DNA of 64,000 nucleotides from an uncultured delta proteobacterium (GCA_963814585.1 CAWFDF010000014.1:1-64000), one strand, 5' to 3'; counted from the first letter of the stretch, positions 23,370 to 36,570 are shown. Numbers and translations are program-made. The notes: generated by a model from the letters alone, not told the origin.

Positions 23370-24139
23370 TGGGCGAGGTGATGGCCGCCACCGCGGCGCT
23401 GGTGCTGGCCGGGATGGTGGGGATCTGGGCGTGGAGTGTCCGGATCCGCGACGCCAGCGTGGTCGACCTCTGGTGGGGGCCGGGCTTCGCGGCGGTGGCC
23501 TGGATCTCGGTGGCGTTGGCCGGCCCGTCGCCGCGTGGGCTGCTGCTGGCGGGGCTGGCGAGCGCCTGGGGGCTGCGCCTCGGCGCCTACCTGGCCTGGC
23601 GCCGGCGAGGCCACGGCGAGGACCGGCGCTACGCCGCCATGCGCGCCCGGCACGGCGAGCACTTCGCCCGGGTGAGCCTGGTGACGGTGTTCCTGTTGCA
23701 GGGGGCGATCATGTGGGTCGTCTCGCTGCCGCTGCAGGCGGGCGCCGTGCTCGGCCGCGCCGCGCCGCTCGGCTCGCTCGACGCGGTCGGGGCGCTGGTG
23801 GTCGCCACTGGCGTGGTCGTCGAGGCGGTGGCGGACGCGCAGCTGGCGCGCTTCCTCGCCGAGCCCGACCACCGTGGCCGCGTCATGGAGCGCGGGCTCT
23901 GGGCCTGGTCGCGCCACCCCAACTACTTCGGGGACTTCGTGGTCTGGTGGGGGCTCGGCCTGGTGGCCGTCGGCTCCGGGGCGTGGTGGCCGCTGATCGG
24001 ACCGGCGGTGATGACGCTGCTGCTCATGCGCGTCTCGGGCGTACCGCTCCTGGAGGGGACGATCGGCGAGCGACGGCCCGGGTATGCGGCCTACGCGGCG
24101 CGCACCAGCGCCTTCTTCCCGCGCCCGCCTCGGCGCTGA
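23369..24139 (+). CDS. DUF1295 / steroid 5-alpha-reductase-like membrane protein
   Basis: SVVDLWWG, WGLRLG, GEDRRY, ADAQL, GLWAWSRHPNYFG, SGVPLLE. Confidence 0.9.
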   Translation: MGEVMAATAALVLAGMVGIWAWSVRIRDASVVDLWWGPGFAAVAWISVALAGPSPRGLLLAGLASAWGLRLGAYLAWRRRGHGEDRRYAAMRARHGEHFARVSLVTVFLLQGAIMWVVSLPLQAGAVLGRAAPLGSLDAVGALVVATGVVVEAVADAQLARFLAEPDHRGRVMERGLWAWSRHPNYFGDFVVWWGLGLVAVGSGAWWPLIGPAVMTLLLMRVSGVPLLEGTIGERRPGYAAYAARTSAFFPRPPRR

Positions 24140-24232
24140 GCCATCCCGGCCGGCCTCCTCGCGGGGCCTCGCCCGGGGCCTCGACGGGCGCCTCGCCGCG
24201 TGCTGGGCTTCCAGGGAAGGTGAGGTGGCCCC

Positions 24233-24961
24233 GTGAGAGGCAGCGACTTCAGATGCTCCTGGCCGCGGGCCACGCCGGTGCTGGCCCTGCTCGGCGCCGC
24301 CGCCCTGGCCGCGGCTACCGAGGACGTCTTCGCCGCCGCCCGGCTCAAGATGGTGACCACGCAGATCGAGGCCCGGGGCGTCCGGGACCCGCGCGTGCTC
24401 GACGCCATGCGCCGCGTGGAGCGCCACCGCTTCGTCCCGGACTGGCTGAGCGACCACGCCTACGAGGACCGGCCGCTGGCCATCGGCCACGATCAGACCA
24501 TCAGCCAGCCGTACATCGTGGCGCTGATGACCGAGCTGGCGCGCGTGAAGCCCGGCGCCCGGGTGCTGGAGATCGGCACTGGCTCCGGTTACCAGGCGGC
24601 GGTGCTCTCGATGCTGGCCGGCCAGGTCCACACCATCGAGATCGTCGAGCCGCTGGCGCGCCAGGCGTCAGCGAGACTCGAGGCGCTCGGCTACCGCAAC
24701 GTCACCGTGCGCGCCGGCGACGGCTACCGCGGCTGGCCGGAGCGGGCCCCCTTCGACGCCATCCTGGTCACCGCCGCGCCGCCGGAGATCCCGCAGCCGC
24801 TGCTCGACCAGCTGGCCGTCGGCGGCCGGCTGGTGGCGCCGGTCGGCGAAGGAGACCAGGAGCTGGTGGTGGTGGAGCGGACCAAGGCGGGAAACCTGAG
24901 GCAGCGCATCATCCCGGTCCGCTTCGTCCCCATGACCGGGGAGGCGCAGCGTCGGAAGTGA
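24233..24961 (+). CDS. pcm: Protein-L-isoaspartate O-methyltransferase
   Basis: [50 protein letters not shown]. Confidence 0.95.
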   Translation: MRGSDFRCSWPRATPVLALLGAAALAAATEDVFAAARLKMVTTQIEARGVRDPRVLDAMRRVERHRFVPDWLSDHAYEDRPLAIGHDQTISQPYIVALMTELARVKPGARVLEIGTGSGYQAAVLSMLAGQVHTIEIVEPLARQASARLEALGYRNVTVRAGDGYRGWPERAPFDAILVTAAPPEIPQPLLDQLAVGGRLVAPVGEGDQELVVVERTKAGNLRQRIIPVRFVPMTGEAQRRK

Positions 24962-24971
24962 GGCGGGACGC

Positions 24972-25432
24972 TCAGCTCCCCACCAGCTCCGAGCCGGACA
25001 CCCAGGCAGCCGCGCCGAAGCCCCCGACGTAACGCGCCTCCACCGGCGCGATGGCCCAGAGCTGGAAGTTGAGCTCGAGGTACCTGTCCGCCTCCGGGTG
25101 GACGGCGAGGAAGCGGGTCCGGGCGCTCGCCTCGTCGGCCCCGCCCAGCCTCCGGGCCGTCCCCAGCAGCGCGGCGCGCGCCGCCTGCTGTGGATCGCCC
25201 CGGTCGGCTCCAGCACCAGCAGCGAGGCACGCCCGTCCGCCACCAGGTTCCTGGTGTGCTGCGCCAGGTGCGAGATGAGCATGACCGGCTCGCCGGCCTC
25301 GGTGGAGGCCACCGGCACGAGGGAGCCGTAGGGGAACCCGGGCGGCTCCTGCCCGTTGGTGGAGAGGAGGCCGTGCCTGGCCTCCCGAACCAGCGTGCGC
25401 ACCGCCTCGGCCCGCTCCGATCGAGTCGTCAT
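24972..25432 (-). CDS. Pyridoxamine 5'-phosphate oxidase / HugZ-like split-barrel protein (frameshift ~25198)
   Basis: GFPYGSLV, ISHLAQHTRNL, DPQQAARAALLG, RYVGGFG. Confidence 0.8.
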
Positions 25433-25441
25433 GGTCGCTCC

Positions 25442-27106
25442 CTACTCCAGCCCCTGGATGGGGAAGTCCTTCGGGTACCGGACCTCGTAGCGCAGCTCGA
25501 CCACCCGCGACTCCTTCGGCCCGAGCTCCAGCGCCCAGCTCCGAACCCCCGGCCGGCCGGGATCCTCGCCGGTGGCCGGCGTGGTCCCCTCGGTCACCTT
25601 CACCTTGATGGCCTCGTCGCGCGAGACCGGCACCAGGTCGAGCAGCGTGAGCGTGGTGGCCGCCGCGTAGCGGTTCTTGACGGTGGTCCGGACGTGGTAG
25701 CGCCAGAGGTGATCGCCGCCCAGCAGGCCGGCGGTCTCGTGGCGCCGCTCGACGACCCGCCGCTCCACCTCGACTCGCGGGTCGGCGCCGAAGGCCAGCT
25801 TCAGCTCGCCGCCGGGAGGCGTGGCGGCCAGCGGCGCACGGCCCACGAACTCGTCTCCCAGGGAGATGCGGGCCTGCCCGGGCAGGAACGGCACGCCGGT
25901 CTCGTTGACGAGGGTGGCGGTGAGGTAGGCGGTGGGGTCGCCGCGAGGCGCGGCGATCCGGGTCACCGTGGCCTTCAGCGAGTGCCGGGCCAGCGGCACC
26001 GTCCGGCTCCGCCCGGCGCCGTCGACGGTCTCGCGCCGCGGCGTGGTCCAGGTGGCGGCCAGCAGCCCCATGGTCGCCTCGGCCTGCTCGGGCTCCAGCT
26101 CCACCGCATCCTCGGCGACGGCCTTCAGCTCGCCTTCCGCCCCGGCCCGCTCCGCGGGCGCCGCGGCCAGGGCGGCCGGCGCGTCGGCCCGCCTCGCAGT
26201 CCGTGGCGCCGGCACGGGCCTGACCCGCTCCAGCCAGCGGGACTCCAGCTCGGGCACGCCGAGCCCCCGGCCCGGCTCGGCCGTGGACAGGGCCAGGTGG
26301 GCTTCGGTCCAGTCCTCGCCGGTCCGCTGCGACACCTCGCCCAGCAGCGCCAGATCGACGGTGCCGGTCTCGGGCGTGAGCCGCGCGTCCCAGACCGGCC
26401 GCCAGCCGGCGCCCGGCACCAGGTAGCTCACCGCCAGCTCCAGCGTGCCGGCGCGCTCGGCGCTCAGCTCCACCGCCACCCGGGCGCTGGTCCCGCTCCG
26501 CTTGGCCTGCAGCTTGGCCAGGTCGTCCCGGGCCGCCGCCAGCTTCCGCGCCAGCTCGCGCCGCGCGCTCTCGGATCGCCGGACCTCGGTCGAGGCCGCC
26601 TCGAGCTGGGCCTCGACGAACGCCACCAGGTCGGACCACTCCCTGGCGCTCACGCCCCGCACCGCGAGGTTCTTGCTCCGCTCCTCCGAGTAGCTGGCGC
26701 GGAGCGACTCGGCGAACTTCGAGCGCGCCCTGGCCTGCGAGATCCGGTCCTCGAGCGCCCGGTCCTCTCCCTGCAGCTGCTCCAGCCTGGCCTCGGCGGC
26801 GCGAACCTCGGGGAGCGCCAGCTCGGCCTGCGTGATCCGCTCCACGCCGACGCCGCCGACGCGGGCCCGGGCCGTGCCCCTTCCCTCGACCCGGAGCGAG
26901 TCCCCGTCGAGGCCGGCAGGAAGGCCCTGGAGGACGACCCGGGAGTCGCCGGCAGCCACCTCGACGCGGGCCCGCCGGGTGACCCGGGCCCAGCCGCGGT
27001 AGACGGTGACGGCGTCGACCCTCGACGACGCGGCGAGGTCGGCGGCGGCGGCGCGCTCGGGGGCCAGGGCGGCGAACAGCAGGACGAGGGCGATCTGGCG
27101 TGACAT
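25442..27106 (-). CDS. DUF4139/DUF4140 (MuiA-like) exported protein
   Basis: Signal peptide, VDAVTVY..ARVTR, coiled coil, W.P.WDAR, QRTGEDW, LAFGAD. Confidence 0.85.
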   Translation of the reverse strand: MSRQIALVLLFAALAPERAAAADLAASSRVDAVTVYRGWARVTRRARVEVAAGDSRVVLQGLPAGLDGDSLRVEGRGTARARVGGVGVERITQAELALPEVRAAEARLEQLQGEDRALEDRISQARARSKFAESLRASYSEERSKNLAVRGVSAREWSDLVAFVEAQLEAASTEVRRSESARRELARKLAAARDDLAKLQAKRSGTSARVAVELSAERAGTLELAVSYLVPGAGWRPVWDARLTPETGTVDLALLGEVSQRTGEDWTEAHLALSTAEPGRGLGVPELESRWLERVRPVPAPRTARRADAPAALAAAPAERAGAEGELKAVAEDAVELEPEQAEATMGLLAATWTTPRRETVDGAGRSRTVPLARHSLKATVTRIAAPRGDPTAYLTATLVNETGVPFLPGQARISLGDEFVGRAPLAATPPGGELKLAFGADPRVEVERRVVERRHETAGLLGGDHLWRYHVRTTVKNRYAAATTLTLLDLVPVSRDEAIKVKVTEGTTPATGEDPGRPGVRSWALELGPKESRVVELRYEVRYPKDFPIQGLE

Positions 27107-27161
27107 GGGGCGGCTCCTTCTGGTGGTCTGGCGGGTTGAACGCACCACGCACGGGAACGAT

Positions 27162-27653
27162 TTACGCCTTCCTCCTGGCGGCCAGCTGCCCGGCCAGCGA
27201 GGCATGTCGGGGGCCGAAGCCGCGGAGGGTGATGCGTCGGGAGCTGGGCCGCCCGGCCACCTCCTCGAGCCGGATCTCCAGCCGCTCGGGCGGTGCCCAG
27301 CCGGCCACCTTGTCGGCCCACTCGACCACCAGGGCCCCGTCGCCGCCGGGCAGGTCCATGAGACCGGTGGCGTAGAGCTCGTCGAGGTCGGCCAGCCGGT
27401 AGAGATCGGCGTGGTGGAAGGGCAGCCGTCCCCGGTAGGTCTGGACGATGGCGAAGGTGGGCGACGAGACGTCGCGCCCGTCCACGCCCGCCCCGGCGCA
27501 GGCGCCGCGGACCAGCTGCGTCTTGCCGGCGCCGAGGTCTCCGATGAGGGCGACCACGTCGCCCGGCCGGAGCGCCGCCCCGAGCCGCCGGCCCAGCGAC
27601 CATGTGGCCCGGGCCGAGCGCGAGACCAGCTTCCTCTCGACGCTCGGCTCCAT
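27162..27653 (-). CDS. tsaE: tRNA t6A biosynthesis ATPase TsaE
   Basis: GDLGAGKT, VSSPTF, HADLYRL, VEW. Confidence 0.95.
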   Translation of the reverse strand: MEPSVERKLVSRSARATWSLGRRLGAALRPGDVVALIGDLGAGKTQLVRGACAGAGVDGRDVSSPTFAIVQTYRGRLPFHHADLYRLADLDELYATGLMDLPGGDGALVVEWADKVAGWAPPERLEIRLEEVAGRPSSRRITLRGFGPRHASLAGQLAARRKA

Positions 27654-27658
27654 CGCGG

Positions 27659-29189
27659 TCAGCGCCCCCACCGCGCCCAGACCTCCCCGATCGCCTCCCC
27701 CAGGTCGGCGGCCAGCAGGCCGCGCTGGCCGAGCCTGGCCGCCACCAGGTCCCCGGCGGCGCCGTGCACCCACGCCGCCACCCGCGCCGCGTCGAACGGC
27801 GGGAGCCCGCCGCCCAGCAGCGCTCCGCAGAGGCCGGCCAGCACGTCCCCGGTCCCGCCGGTCGCCATCCCGGCGTTGCCGGTCGGGATCAGCGCCGCCG
27901 GCTGGCCGGGGGCGGCCACCACCGTCCGGGCTCCCTTCAGCACCACCACCACGCCCCAGGCCGCCGCCCTCGCCAGGGCCAGCCCGATCCGGTCGGCCTG
28001 AACGTCCCCGATGGCGATCCCGCAGAGCCGAGCCATCTCGCCCGGGTGCGGCGTCACGATGACCGGCGCCCCGCGCCGGCCCAGCCAGCCCGGCTCGGGG
28101 TCGAGGGCGTTCAGGGCATCGGCGTCGAGCACCGCGGGGCAGCCCGCGGCGGAGAGCCAGTCGTGCAGCAGCCGTCCGGTCCCGGGTCCTCGCTGGAGCC
28201 CCGGCCCGGCCACCAGCGCCGCGGCGCCACGCGTCGCCTCGGCGAGCGCCGGGAGATCTCCCGGGCCCAGCGGGCCGGCGCCCGGCAGCGCCACGCTCAT
28301 CGCCTCGGGCCGTCCCGCCAGCGCCAGCGCCAGCACCTCGCCGCGCGCCGCCAGCGTCACCAGCCCCGCGCCACCGCGAAGCGCCCCGATCAGCGCGAGG
28401 TGGGCGGCTCCGGTCTTGCCGGGCGAGCCGGCCAGGACCAGGACCCGCCCGGCGTCCCCCTTGTGCGCCGCCGGTGGGCGCGGCGGCAGCAGCCGCAGCG
28501 CCTCCGGCTCCTCCAGCATCCGGCACTGCTCCGCCACCCTCGCCACCGCTTCCGCCGGCAGGCCGATGTCCGCCACCGTCACCGCCCCGGCCAGCGTGGC
28601 CCCCGGGAACAGGACCAGCCCCCTCTTCTGGAGGCCGAAGGTGACCGTGGCGTCCGCCTCGACGCAGGGGCCGAGCGGGCGGCCGGTGTCGGCGGAGAGG
28701 CCGGAGGGCACGTCGACCGAGAGCACCCGCGCCCCGCCGAGGCGGGCCGCGGCGATGGACCGGATGGCGGCCGCGAAGCGCCCCTCGGCCGGCCTCGAGA
28801 GCCCGGTGCCGAGGACCGCGTCGATCACCAGGTCGCCGGGCGCGGCACCGAGCGGCGTCCCCTCGGTACAGGGCTGGACCGGAACCCCGGCCGCCAGGGC
28901 CCGCCTCGCCATGGCCGCGGCGTCGCCCTGGAGCTCCCCGGGCGCCACCACCGCGAGCACCCGGACGCGCCCGGACGGCTGGAGCAGGCGGGCCGCGACC
29001 CAGCCGTCCCCGCCGTTGTTTCCGCCGCCGCAGACCACCACGAAGTGGCCCCCGGGTCGGGCCTGCTCGACGGCCGCCCGGTACACCGCCCGGCCGGCCG
29101 CCTCCATGAGCTCCAGCGAGGGGATCCCCGATCGCCTCGATGGCGACCCGATCGATGGCCCGCATCTCGGCGCCTCCGACCAGCCTCAC
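27659..29189 (-). CDS. nnr: Bifunctional NAD(P)HX epimerase/dehydratase (frameshift ~29128)
   Basis: MRAID, LMEAAG, GGGNNGGDG, DVPSG, HKGDAG, DADAL, TPHPGEM, ATGGTGDVLAG. Confidence 0.93.
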
Positions 29190-29569
29190 GGGCCCTCCAG
29201 CACCACCACCGCGGCCGCCATGCCGCCGTCGTGCGTGATGGTCAGGTGGATCCGGGCCACGCCGGCCCTCCGGGCCGCTTCGGCCGCCGGCCCGGTCAGC
29301 GCCAGCGACGGCGGGCGCCCCTCGGCCCGCGTCACCTCGAGGTCCAGCCAGCGAACCCCGCGCGGAGCCCCGAGCGCCTTGACGGCGGCCTCCTTGGCGG
29401 CGAAGCGGGCGGCGTACCTGGAGGCGCGGTCGCGGCGGGCCTCGCAGAAGGCCCGCTCGCCCGGGGTGAAGCAGCGTGCCAGGAACCGCTCGGCACGCCC
29501 GGCCGATCCGTCCAGCAGCCGGGCGATCCGCCCGATCTCCACCAGGTCCATGCCGAGTCCCAGGATCAC
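29186..29569 (-). CDS. acpS: Holo-ACP synthase
   Basis: [30 protein letters not shown]. Confidence 0.95.
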   Translation of the reverse strand: MILGLGMDLVEIGRIARLLDGSAGRAERFLARCFTPGERAFCEARRDRASRYAARFAAKEAAVKALGAPRGVRWLDLEVTRAEGRPPSLALTGPAAEAARRAGVARIHLTITHDGGMAAAVVVLEGP

Positions 29570-30294
29570 GGCCTCGCCCGCTCGAGGAGCTCCTTCATCT
29601 CGCGCACCGCCCGCTCCAGCCCGACCAGCACGCCGCGGGACACGATGGCGTGGCCGATGTTGAGCTCCTCGATCTCGGCGATGGCGGCCACGGGCAGCAC
29701 GTTCTGGTAGTTGAGACCGTGGCCGGCCGCCACCTGCAGCCCCAGCTTGGCGGCGGCCTTGCAGGCGTCCACCAGGCGCGCCAGCTCCTTGCGCCGATCG
29801 CTGGCCAGCCGAGCGTCGCAGTAGCGGCCGGTGTGGAACTCGACGACGTTGGCCTCGGCCCGGTGGGCCGACTTCACCTGGTCGAGGTCGGGATCGATGA
29901 AGAGCGAGACCTCGATGTCGGCGTCGCGCAGCGTCTTGACCACGCGCCGCACGTGGTCACGACCCCCGACCGCGTCGAGGCCGCCCTCGGTGGTCAGCTC
30001 CTCGCGCCGCTCCGGCACCAAGGTCACGACGTCGGGCTTCACCTCGTAGGCGATCTTGACCATCTCCTGCGCCGCCGCCATCTCCAGGTTGAGGCGGGTG
30101 GTGACGGTCTTGCGCAGCACCAGCAGGTCCCGATCCTGGATGTGGCGGCGGTCCTCGCGCAGGTGGATGGTGATCTGGTCGGCGCCGGCCAGCTCGGCCA
30201 GCGCCGCCGCGGTCACCGGATCGGGGTAGGTGGCGCGCCGCGCCTGGCGCAGCGTGGCCACGTGATCGACGTTGACTCCGAGGCGTGCGGGCAT
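29566..30294 (-). CDS. pdxJ: Pyridoxine 5'-phosphate synthase
   Basis: [44 protein letters not shown]. Confidence 0.98.
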   Translation of the reverse strand: MPARLGVNVDHVATLRQARRATYPDPVTAAALAELAGADQITIHLREDRRHIQDRDLLVLRKTVTTRLNLEMAAAQEMVKIAYEVKPDVVTLVPERREELTTEGGLDAVGGRDHVRRVVKTLRDADIEVSLFIDPDLDQVKSAHRAEANVVEFHTGRYCDARLASDRRKELARLVDACKAAAKLGLQVAAGHGLNYQNVLPVAAIAEIEELNIGHAIVSRGVLVGLERAVREMKELLERARP

Positions 30295-30311
30295 GGTGGC
30301 AGTCTAGCCCC

Positions 30312-31703
30312 TCAGCCGAGGGCGCGCCTGATCTCGGCGGCGATCTGGTCGGCGTGGGCCTGGACCCGCTGCTGGTCCTGCCCCTCCACCAGCACGCGCA
30401 GCTTGTTCTCGGTTCCGGAGGCCCGCACCAGCACGCGCCCCCCGCGGCCCAGGGCCTTCTCGACGGCGGCGATGGCCGCGGTCACCCGGGGCAGCGCCGA
30501 GAGCGGCCTCTTCTCCCGGACCGCCACGTTGACCAGCACCTGGGGGAAGGGCTTGAAGAAGGCGGCCAGCTCGGAGAGTGGCCGCTCCTCCCGCTTCATC
30601 ACCGACAGCACGTTGAGCGCCGCCGCCACGCCGTCGCCGGTGGTGACGTGGTCGAGGAAGATGAGGTGGCCGGACTGCTCGCCGCCGAAGTTGTAGCCGT
30701 GGCGCCGCATGGTCTCGACCACGGCCCGGTCGCCCACCGCGGTCCGCACCACCTTGCCACCCAGGGGCTGGAGCGCCGCCTCCAGCCCGAGGTTCGACAT
30801 GACCGTGGCCACCACCGTCCTCTTGGCCAGCTGCTTGCGCCCCAGCAGCGCCCGGCCCACCAGCGCCATGATGGCGTCGCCGTCCACCACCCGCCCGCGC
30901 TCGTCGGCCAGGATGACGCGATCGGCGTCGCCGTCGAGCGCCAGGCCGAGGTGGGCCTTGTGGCGCAGGATGACCCGGGCCATCCCCTCCGGGTGGACCG
31001 CCCCGCAGTTGCGGTTGATGTTCTTGCCGTCTGGGGCCACGTTGATGGCCACCACCCTGGCCCCGAGCTCCTCGAAGACCGCCGGCGCCACCCGGTGGGC
31101 GGCGCCGTGGCCGCAGTCGACCACCACGGTGATGCCGTCCAGGGTCAGGTCGCGCGGGAAGATCGACTTCAGGAAGACCACGTAACGGCCGATCGCGTCG
31201 TCGACCCGCTTGGCCTTGCCGATGCGGTTGGCGGTGGGGCGCAGCCCGTTGAAGTCGGAGCTCCCCGCCGAGGCGCCGTCGAGCACCAGCGACTCGATGC
31301 GCAGCTCGGTCTGGTCGGGCAGCTTGAAGCCGTCGCGCCCGAAGAACTTGATGCCGTTGTCCTGGTACGGGTTGTGGCTGGCGCTGATCACCACGCCGGC
31401 GTCGGCCCGCATCGAACCGGTGATGAAGGCGATGCCCGGCGTCGGGAGCGGGCCGGTGAGCATGACGTCCACGCCCATGGAGCAGATGCCCGAGGCGATG
31501 GCCTGCTCGAGCATGTAGCCGGAGAGCCGGGTGTCCTTGCCGATGACGATCCGGTGGCGGTGCGGACCGGAGCGGACCACGTGGGCCAGGGCCCGCCCCA
31601 GCTGGAGCGCCACCTCGGCGGTCATGGGGTAGACGTTGGCGACGCCGCGGACGCCGTCGGTGCCGAAGAGCCGCCGGCCGGCGGGAGGTGGGGACGTGGT
31701 CAT
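30312..31703 (-). CDS. glmM: Phosphoglucosamine mutase
   Basis: [34 protein letters not shown]. Confidence 0.97.
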   Translation of the reverse strand: MTTSPPPAGRRLFGTDGVRGVANVYPMTAEVALQLGRALAHVVRSGPHRHRIVIGKDTRLSGYMLEQAIASGICSMGVDVMLTGPLPTPGIAFITGSMRADAGVVISASHNPYQDNGIKFFGRDGFKLPDQTELRIESLVLDGASAGSSDFNGLRPTANRIGKAKRVDDAIGRYVVFLKSIFPRDLTLDGITVVVDCGHGAAHRVAPAVFEELGARVVAINVAPDGKNINRNCGAVHPEGMARVILRHKAHLGLALDGDADRVILADERGRVVDGDAIMALVGRALLGRKQLAKRTVVATVMSNLGLEAALQPLGGKVVRTAVGDRAVVETMRRHGYNFGGEQSGHLIFLDHVTTGDGVAAALNVLSVMKREERPLSELAAFFKPFPQVLVNVAVREKRPLSALPRVTAAIAAVEKALGRGGRVLVRASGTENKLRVLVEGQDQQRVQAHADQIAAEIRRALG

Positions 31704-31716
31704 GGCGGTGCGGATG

Positions 31717-32569
31717 CTACCGCACGCCCGCGGATCCGCCAGCGTTCCGGAGGGCCAGCGCCACCTGGGACGCCTGCCGCGCCGCCGCCACGTCGTGGAC
31801 CCGGATCAGCTCCACGCCGGCCAGCACGCAGGCCGTCACCGCCGCCAGCGTCCCGGCGAGGCGCGCCTCGACGGGGGCGCCGGTCAGCTCGCCGATGAAC
31901 CGCTTGCGCGACGGCCCCACCAGCAGCGGCCGGCCCAGCGCCCTCAGCTCGCCGACCCGGGCCAGCAGCTCCACCGTCTGGGCCGGGGTCTTGGCGAAGC
32001 CGAGCCCCGGGTCGAGGATGATCCGCTCCTCGGGGATCCCGGCGGCGGCGGCCCGCGCCAGCGCCTGCCTCAGCTCGAGCGCCACCTCGACCAGCAGGTC
32101 GGCGTAGGTGGCTCGGCTCGCCATGTCGGCGGGGGTGCCCCGCAGGTGCATCAGCACCACCGGCGCGCCCGCCTCGGCCACCGCGGCCGCCAGCGCCGGA
32201 TCGCCGAGCCCGGTCACGTCGTTGACGAGGTCCGCCCCCGCCTCCAGGGCCGCCCTGGCCACCACGCCCTTGCCGGTGTCGACCGAGATGGGGGTGCGGA
32301 AGCCGCGGGCCCGGAGCCGCTCGATGACCGGCACCACCCTCCGCCGCTCCTCGTCGGCCCCGACCGGCGCCGCTCCCGGACGCGTCGACTCGCCGCCGAG
32401 ATCGACCAGGTCCGCCCCCTCCTCCGCCAGCCGCTCGGCGTGGTCCACCGCGGCGTCGAGCGGCAGGAAGCGGCCGCCGTCGGAGAAGGAGTCCGGCGTG
32501 ACGTTGACCACCCCCATGAGAAAGGGGCCGGGCCCCTCGAAGAGCCTGGCCCCGATCTCGAAGCCTCAC
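31717..32569 (-). CDS. folP: Dihydropteroate synthase (frameshift ~32561)
   Basis: [41 protein letters not shown]. Confidence 0.95.
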
Positions 32570-32585
32570 CGACGATCCCGCCCCG

Positions 32586-34484
<1,899 letters not shown>

Positions 34485-34589
34485 GGTTCGAGAACTCCCG
34501 CGGGCGAGGTGCCGCCTGCCGGTGGTTATAGCAGTACGAGCCCCCGGGCGCAGCCCAGGTTCAAGGGGTCCAGGTTCTCCGGCCCTGGT

Positions 34590-35928
34590 TCACCGGGCCG
34601 AGGTCATGGTGACGTCGAGCCAGTCCGCCCCCTCGGCGCGCACCCCCAGCTCGGGGATGGCCAGCACCCTTCCGGAGCCATCGACGATCAGCACCAGCTC
34701 GTCGCGGCGGTCCCGCGCCACCTTGCGGTCGATGAGCCAGGCCTTGAGCGTCTTGCCACCGCGCCCGCCGGCTGGCCGGAATCGATCACCGGCCCGCCGC
34801 GTGCGCGCCGTCAGCGGCCAGGCCACGTCGAACCCCGGGGCCACCTCCACCAGGAGCATCCGCCGGGGCCCAGGCAGCCGGCAGCGCCCAGGCCCGGCGA
34901 TGAGGACCGGGGGCATCGGCGCCGCCGGCCGGCCGGGCGCGCCCCGCCTCCCCTGGCTCCGGACCACCTCCAGCTTCCCGCCTCTCCGGCGAGCCACCAG
35001 TCCGGCCCGCAGCTCCACCTGCCGATCGCCTTCCCCGTCCAGCAGCTCCAGCGCCCGCTCCACGTGCGAGGCCTCGGGGACCGCTGCCCGCCCCCCCGCG
35101 TCGAGGGCCAGCCGTCGGACCACGCGACGGCTCACCGCCCGCGGCGCCCGCCGGAGCCTGCCCACCGGGACCTCCTGCGCCCCCTGCAGCAGCGAGCGGG
35201 CCCGCGCCGAGAGCGCCCGCTCGTCGTCGCGGAGCAGGTCGGCGGTCCGCGCCAGCGCCGCCTCCAGGGACGGGTTGAGCTCGAGCAGCCGTGGCCAGAG
35301 ATCGAGGCGCAGGCGGTTGCGGGTGAAGCGTGGGCTGGAGTTGGTCGGGTCGTCGATCGCAGTCCAGCCCTCGGCGCGCCAGCCAGTCGAGCCCCTCCTG
35401 GCGGGTGCAATCGATGAGCGGGCGCACCACGGCTCCCCGCCGCGGAGGGATGGCGGAGAGCCCCCGGGCGCCGGCGCCGCGCAGCAGCCGGAGCAGCACG
35501 GTCTCGGCCTGATCGGTGCGGGTGTGGCCGGTGGCGATCCGCGCCGCGCCGAGTCGGGCCGCCTCCGACCGGAGCGCGCCGTACCGGGCGCGCCGCGCCG
35601 CCGCCTGGAGATTCCCCGGGCCCACCTCGACCCTCACGGAGCGGAGCGGCACCGCCAGGCCCTCGCAGCTGGCGCGCGCCACCTCGGCCTCGACCTCGGC
35701 CCCGGGACGGAGGCCGTGATCGACGAAGAGCGCGAAGACCGGCCCCACCTCGCCGGCGTCTCGCAGCAGGGCCAGCGCGGCCACCAGCGCCGTCGAATCG
35801 GGCCCCGCCGAGAGCGCCACCAGCACCGGGTCGCCGCGGTCGAGCAGGCCGCGACGCCGGATGGTGCCGAGGACGGCGGCTGGATACGGGTCGAGTTCCT
35901 GCCTGGAGGTCCGGCGAGGCCTGGTCAT
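34590..35928 (-). CDS. tilS: tRNA(Ile)-lysidine synthetase (frameshift ~35358)
   Basis: VALSAGPDS, VDHGLR, AARRARY, GHTRTDQAET, RNRLR, C-terminal KTLKAWLIDRKV; directly upstream of ftsH. Confidence 0.92.
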
Positions 35929-36086
35929 GGACTCCCCTTTCCGGGTGATCTGTGCAGGTGCCAGGTCCGATCAATTCCGGCGGAAAACCAATGCAAGTCA
36001 CCACCTTGGACCCGGAGGGCCCGGGCGCTCCGCCCGCGCCGCCGCTCTCCTCGAATTCCCTTGAACGACAAAGGGATCAAGATGGG

Positions 36087-36115
36087 TTGTCCCGCGACCG
36101 TGGGAGGGGTAGATT
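36087..36115 (+). promoter_or_regulatory. sigma70-type promoter of the candidate sRNA
   Basis: TTGTCC-N17-TAGATT. Confidence 0.55.
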
Positions 36116-36120
36116 CTTCA

Positions 36121-36197
36121 GCAATGGGCTCTGGGGGTCCCCCCCCTCCCCCTCTGGGCCCTCGGAGAGTCGGCAGCGATGCCGGCTCTCTGTCTTT
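36121..36197 (+). ncRNA. Candidate ~75-nt sRNA with a C-rich loop
   Basis: Upstream promoter; hairpin GGGCTC..GGGGG / CCCCC..GGGCCC with a poly-C loop; terminator hairpin; no credible ORF. Confidence 0.45.
36165..36197 (+). terminator. Intrinsic terminator
   Basis: GAGAGTCGGCA-GCGA-TGCCGGCTCTC (11 bp, GNRA loop) then TGTCTTT. Confidence 0.65.
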
Positions 36198-36291
36198 GTC
36201 CGGTCGAGGCGAGCACGGGCCGCGCCCGCCTCGGGAGATCGCGGACGCCGCTCGCGATGGCGAGCCGATCGCCCCGTCCGCCCCACCAATC

Positions 36292-36320
36292 TTGACCCTG
36301 CGGATACAGCATCGTACAAG
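36292..36320 (+). promoter_or_regulatory. sigma70-type promoter of the small RHH gene
   Basis: TTGACC-N17-TACAAG. Confidence 0.5.
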
Positions 36321-36357
36321 TGCCTCGGCTATCCCACATTCCCTGGATGGAGCGACG

Positions 36358-36570
36358 ATGTCCGGCACCGACAAGCGCAAGCAGTCACTCTACTTCCCCG
36401 AGGACATGCTGAACGAGATCCAGATCGAGGCCAACCGGCAGGATCGGTCCCTCTCCTGGATCGTGCAGCAGGCCTGGCGAATCGCCCGGGGCGAGATCAT
36501 GCGGTTCCCCTCGGTCAATGACGTCCTCTCCGGAGTCGCCCGCGAGGATGAGCGGGAGCTGAAGCCGTAG
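36358..36570 (+). CDS. Myxobacterial small ribbon-helix-helix-like protein (MXAN_4361/4362 family)
   Basis: MSGTDKRKQSLYFPEDMLNEIQIEANRQDRSLSWIVQQAWRIAR; GGAG RBS. Confidence 0.85.
   Translation: MSGTDKRKQSLYFPEDMLNEIQIEANRQDRSLSWIVQQAWRIARGEIMRFPSVNDVLSGVAREDERELKP

Noticed and set aside
24233..24961. pcm as the aspartimide-forming methyltransferase of the graspetide
   Set aside because: About 25 kb away, canonical PIMT sequence and no C-terminal extension.
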